DNA of 64,000 bases, from NCBI GenBank assembly GCA_965285935.1, contig OZ260661.1, positions 139,066,001 to 139,130,000 on the forward strand. The letters run 5' to 3'. Both the position numbers and the translations under genes were made by a program. Under the pieces are notes generated by a model, which was given only the letters and a program-made list of their open reading frames with translations, searched no databases and was not told the DNA's origin. Positions 43,252 through 56,021 of this stretch are shown here, piece after piece (position 1 is the stretch's first letter; every line of letters begins with the position of its first letter). The DNA is from Ophelia neglecta (taxonomy: Eukaryota).

Positions 43252-43480
43252 TTAAACAGTAGCTACAAATATCTGCACCAGCTCGGAGTTGTACACAGGG
43301 TCTTCGACATTCAGGGTCTTGTACATCATGAACGGAAATTTTAAATCAATTCGGTATTCTACTTGAAGACAGTGCAGGTCATATAGTACGGGTGTAATGT
43401 GGTCACGTATTTTAGTATGGGTAAACAATGTAGCAACAAGGTTTTGCACTTTCTGCAGCGGTTTAAGCATGGCTGCAGTA
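43252..43480 (-). mobile_element. L2-type LINE 3' fragment
   Basis: LQKVQNLVATLFTHTKIRDHITPVLYDLHCLQVEYRIDLK matches the L2 ORF2 C-terminal consensus (LQ.VQN.AAR......DHITPVL..LHWLPV..RI.FK). Confidence 0.8.
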
Positions 43481-43845
43481 ACACCAGCAGAGAATTGCAA
43501 TAGTCAATGCGGGATGTCACTAATGCACTTACCAATTTCTTCGTGGCATCAGTTGTCAGTATTTACAACATGGCCATCATTAATGTGGTTATGTTTTCAA
43601 ACAAAAAGTTTCTCTATTTTGTTTATTCGCTTAATTACATCACCGCTCATAATTTTTATACGTGTCTACCATTTGAACAAGGGATTCATTAAGGCCCTGC
43701 TTTAATTTGACAACTCTACATAACGAAAAGCTCGTCTTCCTCTATGTCATATCTCATATATACTTGCAACGAATAGAGAGCTTGTCTCAAAACATCTTCG
43801 GCCAACGGGACAACTTGATTTTTAAATATCTTCCACTGGAGTGCT

Positions 43846-44371
43846 TTAATTCAAATGAGGAAGCTTTTCATTTTCCTGTCCCTGTATCAGTATACGAAGC
43901 CAAGGAAAGTCTTTCGTATACTCTTTCACCATAGGCACGTCTCGAAAGTAAACCAGCAGTAATGTCAACAGTGAACTCACTAGCAGGGAAATCAAGACAC
44001 AGTTCATGATTTTCGAAGCAATTTCCACGACAATAAGCTGCCACGGGGTATGGGTATCTCGAGGTTGTATTTTTCCCTTTCCGGGCCGGTCTAACAGTTC
44101 ATTTCTATTAGTTACGGACTCTGCGTCAGGGCCGTCTTCTTCAGCATGTAATGCTTCATCATCTTCACTGTGCTGTCCTGCCTCTAAATCTGGATCAGTC
44201 TGCTAGAAAGATAACAACAACCAACAAAACATTATAGTTAAACATCAAATAACCGAACGCATTAATAGATAATAGTAATAGAAATTAACATGTAGTTGCC
44301 TGTCATACCAAGTAATCTTTTTCCCCTGAATTATGTTGATCGAGATCATTCCGGTCTTCATCAGTCTCCAT
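43846..44371 (-). CDS. Small acidic single-pass membrane protein, ~139 aa, unknown function
   Basis: Exons 44371-44309 and 44202-43846 are joined by a phase-0 GT-AG intron. The product has an acidic N-terminus (METDEDRNDLDQ...EDDEALHAEEDGPD) and one hydrophobic segment (IMNCVLISLLVSSLLTLLLVYF) near the C-terminus. An in-frame stop lies upstream of the ATG. Confidence 0.5.
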
Positions 44372-46918
44372 ATCTCCTAGGGGACAAAGTTGTCTTATGC
44401 TGTTTCACTGAGTTCCTGCTACGGAAACAAATTAATAAAGATTATGAATAAGTTGTGCAAGCAGGAAAATAGTATCCAAAACCACAAAAAAAAAGAAAAT
44501 AATAGAATGACTTTAAGTCGTGGAAATATGACATGTATGTGATCTATATGAACTTGACAGGGTCGTTAACGCTCTCTTATGCAACTTATAATCAGTGAAA
44601 TAAAAAAATATCTTGCCCTATTTCACACCTCATTTAGCAAGTTGTCAGAAGCGGAAACTGTAATATATTTCTCTGTTACAGATATGTATGAGCACTTGCT
44701 TGTACAAAATGCCAATGCCTCCTGACATTTATTCACTAAATAACTTAGTGATATACCCAGAACAATAGAGAATGGACCAATATAACAAATATCATCGCAC
44801 TAGATCGAAATGTATATAAATTATGATTTTGCAGTCGCAAAAGATTATCCGTTATCGCCCAGGAAATAGATAATATCTATCTTGCGTTTTTATCTTTCGA
44901 AAGGATGGCCACGTTTTTCTAGTTACCGATTCATTAAACTTACCTAGATTTTGCCCAGGGTCCTAACTAGATTTGTTATTAGTTGCTATGTCCCCTTAAA
45001 ATTTGAGATAATATCGGTCTGTCACTGGATCAGCGTCCTTGAACTGTACACAGTGTATATCTACAGTGACATTTGTGATCATAATAACGTATTTGTAGAC
45101 CTCTATGCATAAGACGACACCATTTATACATGTATGGGTATCTCTCCTTTACTTATATTATTTATTCAAGTGTGTGCAAGTGTAGAAGTCCTCCTAGAGG
45201 CGCTTGGCGGTAATGTGCGCGTATGTATAAACATTGAACCTCTTGAATTCATTCTTGAAAAAGCCCTTCTATCAGAAGGTTAATCGTGCACAAACCCCTT
45301 GTGTCGATGAAGAGTGATACTATATATTAGGCTGGCTTGTAACACCTGTAGTATCGAAGCATAACACGGTGGTGTAAGATAAATCAGCATACAAGCGTAG
45401 TTTAATGCAAAGTTTAGTTCATATTGCGAATTTAGTTGTTTAATCATGTTTATATTTATTATTACTAATACTGCGTTAAAATTCGTTTTAAAGTAAAAAT
45501 ACGCATAACGTTCCAAAATATATGCATGTGTGTGTAGAACTCTCGTGGTTATAATCAGAATTGATCAATACCCTCTACATATATATATTGTAGATTCGAC
45601 CTCACTAAGTATCGTTACCGCCTATGCAGCAAGTTTGCATACTAGTTTTTATTTATAAGTTTAAATAGTCAGTTTTTATAATCTTACAACCACCTAAGGG
45701 ATGAAATCTTCCTCGGAAAAATTCACTTACTTTTGTACTCTTGACTAATGGGAAAATAATTGTGGCCGTCGGCTGTTGAAGTCACTAAACGGGCAAAATC
45801 TGTTCAACAAATACGAGCATACGTGTTAACCATTTAAATGATGTTTTATAGTTTTTGCCTAGACAGGGTGGGCAAAGACAGCGGGAAAAAAGATAGAATA
45901 ACACGTTACTTTATATCTGGGTGTATAAGGGGGTAACCTAAAAATACATATGGATTATAACGTTACTTAATAAAGCAAAAATTGTGGAGCATACTTTCAA
46001 TTAATGTTTGCAACAAACTTTATACATATACGCCGCTGTGTTATATTAAAAGATTAACGCAAAAGGCAAAGCTGGAGAGGCCAATGACAAATTTCTCCTA
46101 GACAAAAGTATATCAAATAAATCGCAGCTGGAATTGCCCTTAAGACATACACTCCTCGGATTTAGGTAATGCTTGGACCAAACATTCATTTGGAAGAATT
46201 GATAATATTTCGAATCGCCTCATAAAAGTGCTAAATACTATAAAGAATCAATATACATAGTCCATACATAGCTATGTTATATCATTATCATAATTAAGGG
46301 TACATACTATTCTTATTAATTGTGAAACGCATCTGCCATTCTATCAATTTAGATGATCCGAATTAGTTTCGTGAAACAGTTAACTAATTTTGTTGGCTCT
46401 TTTTAGAGACAGAACACTGTAGTCCAATTGCCCCAGTATTTGGCCTTAATCTAGGAGAGCTCGAATCATATTACAAAGTTTTTTCTGTAATATTTATAAT
46501 CTTAAAACACCATGTGTTGTATGATGGACATACTTTACCAGTATACAATGCCTCTGGGTCACCACCTCCCCCTCCTAGCTTGTATTGTCCAAAGATTATT
46601 CTTCCTTGGGTGAAATGCATATAGTACTTACTTCTTTGTGGAACATATTGCTTTTAGACAATATAAGCAAGAATAGAATTTTAGGTACTTATTAAATCTA
46701 AAGTTTTAGAACATTCTGGAACATTTATTTCATTAGTATAGTTTAAGCTCCAGCGCCAATGCCCCCTATATATACTTTTATAGAGTGTCTCGACGGCAGT
46801 AAATTCTAGTAACCATTGTCATGCGACTACGTTTACCAGAGGCAATTTTACCGGTTGCAGCTGATAAAGCGGAGGGTTATTCTATGGTATTATTTATGTG
46901 TAGACACCCCATTTCCAG

Positions 46919-47163
46919 GGCATACTGGAAAACCTGATACGAAATACGAAGGAGATACGAGATACACAGATACGAAAAAAATAAGATAGAGTTGGGTTAT
47001 TTCAGGGTTAGGGGTAGGGTTAAGCTAGCAACCTAACTAAATCATATCTTACTTAACCCTTCACCCTAACCCTAACCTAGTCCATATGGCTACGTTTTAA
47101 ACACCTCGTATCTCGTATCTGCGTCTCGTATCTGGTATTTCGTATCAGCTTTTCCAGTATGCC
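46919..47163. mobile_element. MITE with 9-bp TSD (Mutator-like) containing telomere-like repeats
   Basis: TIRs ggcatactggaaaacctgatacgaaatac / gtatttcgtatcagcttttccagtatgcc. The sequence catttccag flanks both sides (46910-46918 and 47164-47172). Internal ttaggg and ccctaa tracts are present. Confidence 0.85.
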
Positions 47164-48489
47164 CATTTCCAGCATGCGGTGGTACCAATGAACAACCTAG
47201 TTGTGATTGACCTGACTAACATGGCCTAGCCCTTTTTCCTCCCGGAATGGTTCAATGGCGATGTGAGATACAAATATCTAGGTTGTTAAGTCCTAGACAG
47301 ATATGATCCAGTGGAGGCCTCGTCTTTCCCTGACATGGGGTCCTTTTACATACGTATTACCTTTCCACGACATCAATTTGCGGAACTACCGATTAATAAT
47401 GTGATGTAAGACAAAAACCTACCTCTGTAGGTGGGTTCAGTCTCTCCGTATGGAATTCAGGTTGTGGTTAAAAAGCGCTTGTATTCCTGAGAACATATGC
47501 GTACTGCCTTATATGCATGGATCCGCCTTTACATGTAGTGAAATGTGTTCGCATGTAAAGCCCTTAAACAGTGGTGTGTGTACTCAAAAAGATACATCTG
47601 TATGAATACTCCACACATCCTTTACATGATTTGACGAGGAAGGCTATAGATAATATTTAGGGACGTACCATTTGATATCTAGGGAGGGGAGGGGGGTAAT
47701 TTTGTTCTAAAAAAAAATCTGCACCAAAAACAACAATTTTTTTCCTGCATCTATGACAAACTAACTGTTTTTGTCCTTTCTTTTCATTCTGCTGTGTCCC
47801 GAGTGTGCCGAAAATCTTAAGCGGCGAAGCACCAATTCGACGAAATCCTTCATGAGTCTTTTAGATTACTATTTTGGCGACTGGGACTGAGGGAAATGAT
47901 TATGTGACTATGTATTTCCCAGACACATAAGGATAATATTTAAAAGACTGGAACAAATGTTTGTTTCTCAACCAGTGTCACATTGGTTCATCGGCTTCTA
48001 TACAAAGCCTATTATGAGGGGCGGTTGGTGGCGGGGGGGGGGGGGGGGTGGACTTTTTCCTGTAGTCAGTTTAAAAAGTAGGAAAATCCCGAATCACGGA
48101 TGTTTGAAATCTGGATTTGTCATGCCATTAGGAATTAGCTTTTTCCCGCATCCCGGTGAAAAACCTGGTCACGGGAAATTAAACAGAACATTCCCAGGTC
48201 CTCACATCTAGCTGTGTATAACGTAGTTTCGCTTGTAGATGTTAGTGAAACGCGCATAATCCACTGGGGTGGCCTTGAGGGTTCCCTGGAAGACAGCTTG
48301 TTCATTTTGCAGTGAAGCGTTAAGGGCTCTATTATATCTGTAAATGCCTATTCAAATCAAGCCCAGAAAATTGAAGTCTTTCTTCGGAATCAAAGAGAAC
48401 GTTATCTATAATCAAATTAGGAAAAAATAAGTTTTCTTTTTAGGTCTACTGAAAACATAAATTTCGTCTTTTTAAATTTAATGATAGTT

Positions 48490-49060
48490 TGACGGACAGG
48501 TGATTATGAGGGAAAACTCCCAAGCCCATGCAGACCGGTGATTTTCGAATGTTACTCCGAAGCCCAGACATGCGATTTTTAAGTGTTACCACAAGTGTGT
48601 CCCCCGAACCCGGAAAGATAAATTTGTCTAGACAGGTGACTTTCAGGTTTAACCCGAAAGCACGGACAGGGGATTTCGTGTTGTTACGCCCAAGCCCGGA
48701 GAGGTGATTTTTCGGTGTTACCCCAAAGTCCAGACAGGTGATTTTTATGTTACCCCAAGCCCAGCTAGCTGATTTTTTTATGTTTCCTCCAGACTGTTGG
48801 TTTTCAGGTGCTACCCCTAAGCCCAAACACGTGATTTCCTGATGTTACCCCGAGGCCCACAAGGGAAATTTCCAGGTGCTACCCCAAGACAAGACATATG
48901 CTTTTTAAGTGTTTCCCCCAATACCAAGACAGTGTGGCAGGTGTTACCTCCTGCCCCTACAGACAGGTGATTTTCAGGTGTTACCGCTAAGCCCATGTAG
49001 ACAGGAGTTACCCCCAAGGCCACACAGGTGAATTTTAGTTGCTATCCAAACAGGCGAATT
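48490..49060. repeat. Degenerate ~34-bp minisatellite (gacaggtgattttcaggtgttaccccaagccca)
   Basis: The recurring core gacaggtgattt...gttacccc is visible across many units. Confidence 0.8.
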
Positions 49061-49479
49061 TGCACCGTCATCGATCATCATAATTCTCAATTATTCCCTC
49101 AGAAACAGACGCTATTTCCTTATTATGCTTCATACCCAGCTCCGAAATGAACTGTGTCACGGATATGTGCTATTGATAAGATTTGTGTAATGATAAGAAT
49201 AGATAAGTTATTAAGTCCATATGTATAAATGAACAGTTTTCATTTATGTAGTTTTAAGATTCATTTACCTGTTGTAGAGATTTATAGTTTTACCATGTTT
49301 GTATGGCAATTATTCAACTCACCTATGAAGTTGTTAGTATTATTTGTATAGAGCGCAGTTATCGTATTGCGAACGGTGTGTCAACATGTAATGAGCGAAC
49401 CCAGACCACATACATCTATAAATACATTGGCACAATTATTTGGTCCGACCCGACCTTAATAAGGAACAGTGCATCCAAT

Positions 49480-49564
49480 CACAGGGGCTTGTGTCAAAGC
49501 CTATGTATTTATATATAAAACCACTACGTTTTATAGTATAGGTATGTTGACACAAGCCCCTGTG
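49480..49564. mobile_element. 85-bp mini-MITE with 18-bp TIRs and an 8-bp TSD (P or hAT-like)
   Basis: cacaggggcttgtgtcaa ... ttgacacaagcccctgtg, flanked by catccaat on both sides. Confidence 0.85.
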
Positions 49565-49969
49565 CATCCAATAAACGTAGGCAGACCTCATTAAACAGCC
49601 AAAAGGCTGTAGGCCTTAGCTGTAGCTGGGTATTTCCTTCTTTTCCGACTCTCGTGGCATTATTTCCCAGAATAAGAAAGTGTGGTATAGCAACAGAGTA
49701 TTGTGATCTAGGATATTTAAAATACAGTGATATCCAGTACATTGTACACTTATCCCCTGTATAGTATACAATCATTTACGATAATCATAACACTGTACAT
49801 AAAGGATATTGCTGATTACAGCTGACACTGTAAAACAGCTATTCAGCGACAACATATGCACCTTTTTACTAGGAAAACTAGACACATTACATACAAATAT
49901 CATCCTCATAAACATCAAGCGGATTTGTTCATGCCTATTATACCTCTTGGCTTCTTTTTGGCACTTTGT

Positions 49970-50062
49970 TATCCCGCACCAGTGTTTTACAGCTATGGCA
50001 GAGTATGAGGCTCTGGAGGAGAGCCTGCAGGAGCTGAAGCTGGAGGACTATACTGATCAGAG
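49970..50062 (+). other. Second, diverged Nup98 GLEBS-like coding segment
   Basis: Translates as IPHQCFTAMAEYEALEESLQELKLEDYTDQR and ends at AG|GCTAGT, the same phase-2 GC-type donor position as the 52854-53004 exon. Confidence 0.6.
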
Positions 50063-51159
50063 GCTAGTAAACGTATATCACTTTCTATACATGTAAATCA
50101 GGGCATTAATAGGGCTCACCCTGCATAGATGGAGGCTGGATAACCATACTGGTGAGGGTTTAATAAACACACATTACACTCTATACTTGTAATTCAAGGG
50201 TAATAGTACTATAAGATGCCAGAGAGAAAAAAGGCTAGAGGATTATGCTTCTAAGAGGAGCTGTAGATGGCATTATCATTAAGTAACAATTTGTAATTAT
50301 TTTTCTCCAGCTGGTAATTATTACATTTAGTTAGAGCTATTTCAATGAAGTAAATTCAACCCATGTATTACTGGTGGGTTAAGGGTTCCCCTATATCTGA
50401 ATGCATATTGGTCAGTGTTAAGCATGCTAAATTCTAAAAAAATGAAGATGAGCAGCAAAAACTAATTTGTCAAGTCCGGTCATTCGTGATTTCGATGGAC
50501 ACTAGTACTTCAGCCGGGTTGACGCGTAAAAAGAATCATAATAAAGACCCCATGGATGCAATTAAGTCCCTTATTTCGCCAGTTTCGTGAGATGGGTCAA
50601 AACGCGAAATCTAAATTCTTGTGGATGCGTCTAAAGCGCAGTTTATGGGTCGCTTAATAACGCGTGTGCCTTAACCGCGAATATTAAGTGACCCGACATG
50701 AAATGGATTTGGAGTATAACCGTGTTAAAATGATTAGATCCAATGACAAATGTTATACAGATTCTTATGCCCACAACATAATTTTTATTTTGTAGCGTTT
50801 TTGACTTGATGACAAGTGTGTATATCTTTAAACCAGTGTCAGCACAGACAGCATAGGCTTAATCAAGCAAAAGGTGACAATGATGATGACACATGTGATG
50901 ATGAATTGACAGAGGAAGGACAATGCTGTAAAATGCAACCAAATGGACTGCCTATGTGGTAGATGAGTAGATGTGGCGAGGTGACTCATAGACGAAGTGC
51001 CCCTTATTCGAAATAACATCCGTCTGTGTCAGTTCCATATTCCTGCAAACAAAAATAGATTTGACAGTTGACATTCTTACTATATGAAAATGCCACCTGA
51101 AGCTCCTGCCTGCGCCGCCTGTGGTTTACAACGTTACATGGTTTTGTTCTGTGAAATGG

Positions 51160-51345
51160 AGGTGCCACCATCTATAACTTCCACCTACACGCCCTGCAAC
51201 TTTCCCCTAACTTCCAACTGCATCACATGCATGTTCAACCTGCACCACCTGCAACTTGCACCTGCATGAGCTGCACCAGCTGCAATTTCCACCTGCAACA
51301 CTTGCAACTTCCACCTGCACAGCTGCACACCTGCCGCCTGCATTT
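51160..51345. repeat. Low-complexity tgcacc/tgcaac repeat
   Basis: Dense, degenerate 6-8-bp units. Confidence 0.7.
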
Positions 51346-52421
51346 AACACATGACCCTCAACTCGTATTGCATTTTTCAGGTGCATGATTTCACATATCT
51401 ACCACCAATTCTAAGCTGTTCTGCAGTTTAAGCGGCCAACTTTTAATCGATGGACGGTGTTTTGTTTGTAGCAGCTTTCACCATGCCAATCATTTGCTGA
51501 TTCAGTTTATTTCCGAAGGTGATCATGGCTATACATAGTACCACGTTATTAATGAACATGTAAATGGCCTGCTTGGTCAAAGAGTCGGCCTTGTTTTTCT
51601 CATTCATATTGCGTTATTATTGATACTAAGGACCACAAGACTATTGTCAAATATGTCCAGACTTATCATTTATAACCCTTCAAACTCTGCTCCTTATATG
51701 AGTATACATCTTTTCCCAAAAGAAAGTATAGGGTAGAATTAAAACTGATATGAAAAGCAGTATATGATAGAGTATTTCTTGGTGTTAAACTGCCTTTACA
51801 TTCTTATGCTGAAACCAGTGTTTTTGCAATACCAGGTGCTGAATAAAGAGAAGCACTCAGAATCACTTATCATATGCATTATGGCCGACACATTTTATTG
51901 TTATAATGAATTCAAAAGCCATAAATAATATTTTTATTCAACCCTGGTACACCAATCTTAGCATCTGCACTATGGTTATAATTTTCATTATGTCCGTTAT
52001 ATTACAAAATAATGGCGGACTTATCTATACCATTAATTATTTGTATGAAGAAAACATAGTTTAAATAATCCACACTATTTTTGTCTATAACAACGGCATC
52101 CCTTACATCGGGCACAAATTCGGGCTGGCCTATTTGATTAGGGAAACCCGTATATTTAGGTGTATTGTACCAACAGAAGGAAAACAGAGTTGGGGAGGGA
52201 AAATATCCTTAAGAATAATAAGATTAACCTAGAACAGAACCTTTAATTTAATTTAATTTATTTATGTACAAATATGTAGACATGCATAACTGTATTTATT
52301 CAAAGCTTATGATCGCATTTTGTATTTATGGAACAATTTGTTTCTACACACTGCTGAGGAAAATCTACAAATATAGAATTAATTTTGTAATATTCTTCAG
52401 CTTTTCGTTCTGATATTGCAG

Positions 52422-55400
52422 AAGTTCCTTCGGAGCTCCCTCTGTCCAGAGTTCTCAACATAACAAAACAGACAGCGGTCGGATTTTCGGTGGCGTCTCT
52501 AATACAACGGGTGTCTCCAATAGACTGTTGGAAAACCCAAGAAGTACCACCTTGTTGAGCGGAGAGCCAAATTGCAAACCAACGAGTTCATTCAGAAACA
52601 TTTTCAATTTGGACTCGTCTGGTAAGGCCTAATATTGTTATTATTTATGTTCTATGTAAATGCTTGCATATTTTAGTTTCAGTGTTAAATGAAACATATA
52701 TTAATTTAATAAACTAATTGAAATGGAAGTGTGTTTAAAAAATTCAAATAATTAATAGCAAGTCATAATGAATTCTAATAATATGAATTATAATAATAAA
52801 CAAATCACTTAACAGTAACATCAAATCGCGTTCAATCTTTTACGAATTATCAGGAACGATCTTTAAGTTTTACCCTCTTTATGGGACTGACCTAACGACA
52901 ACGAATGTGTCGATTAAAACCCTTCATCAGTGTATAACGGCTATGCCGCTCTACGAGAACAAAAGCTTGGAAGAACTGAGGCTTGAGGACTATAACAAAG
53001 AAAGGCCAGTTTGCAGTTTGTCAACTTTTCAAAGTTTAACCACAGTACCTACTTTGCCGCTTTTATGAACATAAATGTTCACTTTGACGTTTATTACAAG
53101 CTCGTTTGATACTTTGACCGATGCATGCAAGTCTTTTTATTTTAAAGTTATAATAACATGAGCAATTAAACAGTGTCCAATTCCTTTTCAAATACTTTTT
53201 TTCTAAATAAATGAAAACGTCTGTCAACTCAAGCATAAATCAACGGTTTCGTTTTAGTCAATGGATAACTGGGATGACTTCTTAAATAGTAATTACAGTG
53301 AAACCTGTAAATTAAGACCACCTCGTCTGATTTTGGAGCTGGTCTGTTTAGACAGGTTGGTAAACATTGAAAGTATACATCAACATACTCATATTGGTGG
53401 TCTGAATTTACAGGTGGTCTTATTAGAGAGGTGGTCTTTAAGGCAGGTTTCACTGTACTACTTTATCCACATTATCATTAGATTTGTGTAAAAGGGACCA
53501 CAACACATTTAATAATTGAATACATTAGGGGTCATAAACGCAGCCGACTCACAAAACATTCAGTTCCCAGTAGACAATTGACAGAAGAAGTTGACATTAA
53601 ATTTTGCGCGATGTGAGTCAACTGTCAAAGAAAGGACTTTGTGGCCCTGGCAGTATAATAAATTTCGTTTCTGGGATTTTATGGAACAGGTAGCATAAAC
53701 CATTCATCATGTTACTGGGGTTTTCTCATGTTAAGTATATATTGTACTATCCTCATGACAACCACTTATTTTTTCATTTTAGGAAGGGTCCTCAGAGCGG
53801 AAGTACAAAAAGTCTGTTTGTAATTGGCAGAATGCCCGAGAAAGGTTGTAGTCGTGTGGGTCATAAAAAGTAAGTTTACTGACATTAATATTTATGACTT
53901 ATTCGTTATTACATTTTTTTGCTTGGTCGGGCAATTTTATCGAGAACTAAAAATATTTTGCAGAAATGATTAATCGGGGTACAACTATTTTAGCTTATTT
54001 GGATTTGGTTCCAAATACTGCCATTACTTAAGGGATGACCGCAAGTTAAAAGCGCCTGCCCAAGATGCGGTAAAACGAACAGAAAAAGGTATACATTTAG
54101 GGAATTTAATTCCACTATTGCGCTGTACACACGTTATTAAATTTTTTTTTTTTTGAAGTTCCATAGAAATTTGGGAACTATTTTGGCCTCTTTGTGATTA
54201 CTTTGAAATTCTTACCCTAATGGAACCTTTTTGAATCGTGGTAAACCTGATACGATTTTTGAGGGAAATCAAATTCACGGATCAAGTAACATAGCCTAAT
54301 TAATTCAATTAACGAGGTTGGATAGTTTTTGCTTCATACTCCTCTCCCCATTTCGAGTTACCAATATCTGCGGATGAATTGGTCTCCAAAACTACCTGTA
54401 AACCCTACCGAACCTGCTAAACACATGGCATTTTAATAAGCAACAAAAAATACTGGAAACAAACTTCTAATTGTTGAGCGATCTCATTCACTGACTGTAC
54501 TAGATAGTGTTCATTATAACCATTGGTCAACGAGGTTTTAAATGAATTTCATAATGTGAGTTTGGTGTTACGAGATTGACGATGAATACCCGATAATTGA
54601 ATGCTTCACACGTATAAGGTGCCACCCCTATTACAATCATTTACAAGGAACTACCGTTCTTGAATTAATTTTAAATCAATCTAATCACATTTTTCACTTT
54701 CATTATCACTCATGCACATTTCAGGAGTCGTACTAGACGAATAAAACGGCCTTGCGGGAAACAGGATAAAGAGTTAGCACTTGGATCCAAAGGTAATTCC
54801 AGGCCTATGTAAGAAATAATCGGTATAATATCAAAAGATATTTCTGGCCACCTAGTTTCTAGTTATATATTTATATATATTTATATAATGCTGACCCCTT
54901 GTCTGTTGTATTTACATGCTACATAGGGATTCACGAGGCCTCGGCAGTGAAACAGGATAAAGAGTCAGCACTTAGACCCAAAGGTAGTACTAGGCCTATG
55001 TAAGAAATAATCGATATAATATCAAAAGATATTTTGTGGCCACCTAGTTTCTATATTTTTATATTATCATATTTATATATATATATATATATATTTTTTT
55101 ATATATATTTATATAATGCTGACCCCCTGTCTGTTGTATTTACATGCTACATAGGGACTCACGAGGCCTCGGCTGTGAAACAGGATAAAGAGTCAGCACT
55201 TAGACCCAAAGGTAGTACTAGGCCTATGTAAGAAATAATCGATATAATATCAAAAGATATTTTGTGGCCACCTAGTTTCNNNNNNNNNNNNNNNNNNNNN
55301 NNNNNNNNNNNNNNNNNNNNNNNNNNNNNNNNNNNNNNNNNNNNNNNNNNNNNNNNNNNNNNNNNNNNNNNNNNNNNNNNNNNNNNNNNNNNNNNNNNNN

Positions 55401-56021
55401 NNNNNNNNNNNNNNNNNNNNNNNNNNNNNNNNNNNGTCCGTTGTATTTACAGGCTGCTTACGGACTCGCGAGGCCTCAGCATTGCTGGGATCGTGTGACT
55501 CTCGCCACCGCCCCTTATTCAGCCACAGAAACTTGGTAAGTCATACATTGTATATCTCAATCATAACAACATTCAGTATGTCAATGATTGTTAATTTTTA
55601 GTAGCTCCTCGATGTTTTGTTGATTTAAAATCAAATCATGATTTTTATCTATATGTTCACCAAATAAATAAAATACTTTTACACGCCGAAAATGAAATTA
55701 AAGGAGGTGATGATATTTCTTTTCCACTTGAGGATCATTTCCCCAAACATTTGTTTTTTCAAGACACAGCAGCAAGACACGGTGAGGCCAAAGCCATCTA
55801 AGTTCAATGGGTTTAAAGGATGCTACATTGCCCCGAAAGGTACTGTTGGTACACCGGTCAAAGAGAAAACAGTGACTGACGACAGACACTGGAAAGTCGA
55901 TTCCCGCGGGACAGACCCTGTCCATGGCTCTACAATGACCATCAACGTGTCAGATGCGAATGTTGAGAAGACCGTTCCACTCAATAGTAGCAAAACCATT
56001 AATAGGAACGGAAGTAAATAA
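52422..56021 (+). CDS. Nup98 N-terminus-derived protein (degenerate FG + GLEBS) with a repeated-exon C-terminus; start codon not located
   Basis: Phase-consistent exons are 52422-52621, 52854-53004 (GC donor), 53783-53869, 54725-54792, 54927-54983, 55155-55211, [gap], 55453-55535 and 55764-56021. The translation includes [55 protein letters not shown], compared with Nup98 GTTIKFNPPTGTD...[34 protein letters not shown]. Confidence 0.65.
53296..53455. mobile_element. Tc1/pogo-type MITE
   Basis: TA|cagtgaaacctg ... caggtttcactg|TA. Confidence 0.85.
54758..55480 (+). repeat. Tandem exon-intron repeat (~190-230-bp units) running into an assembly gap
   Basis: gaaacaggataaagagt..cactt..cccaaag|gta...ggccacctagtttc occurs three times, with a diverged further unit after the gap. 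Confidence 0.9.
55280..55435. other. Assembly gap (156 N)
   Basis: Run of N. Confidence 1.

Noticed and set aside
46990-47080. Telomere or chromosome-fusion scar
   Set aside because: The few degenerate repeats lie inside a TIR/TSD-bounded MITE.
48490-49060. ORFs 48446-48826 and 48817-49023, or a CRISPR-like array
   Set aside because: These are translations of a degenerate minisatellite with no spacer structure.
52422-56021. The bona fide NUP98 gene
   Set aside because: FG repeats are few and eroded, and there is no autoproteolytic domain or Nup96 before the next gene.
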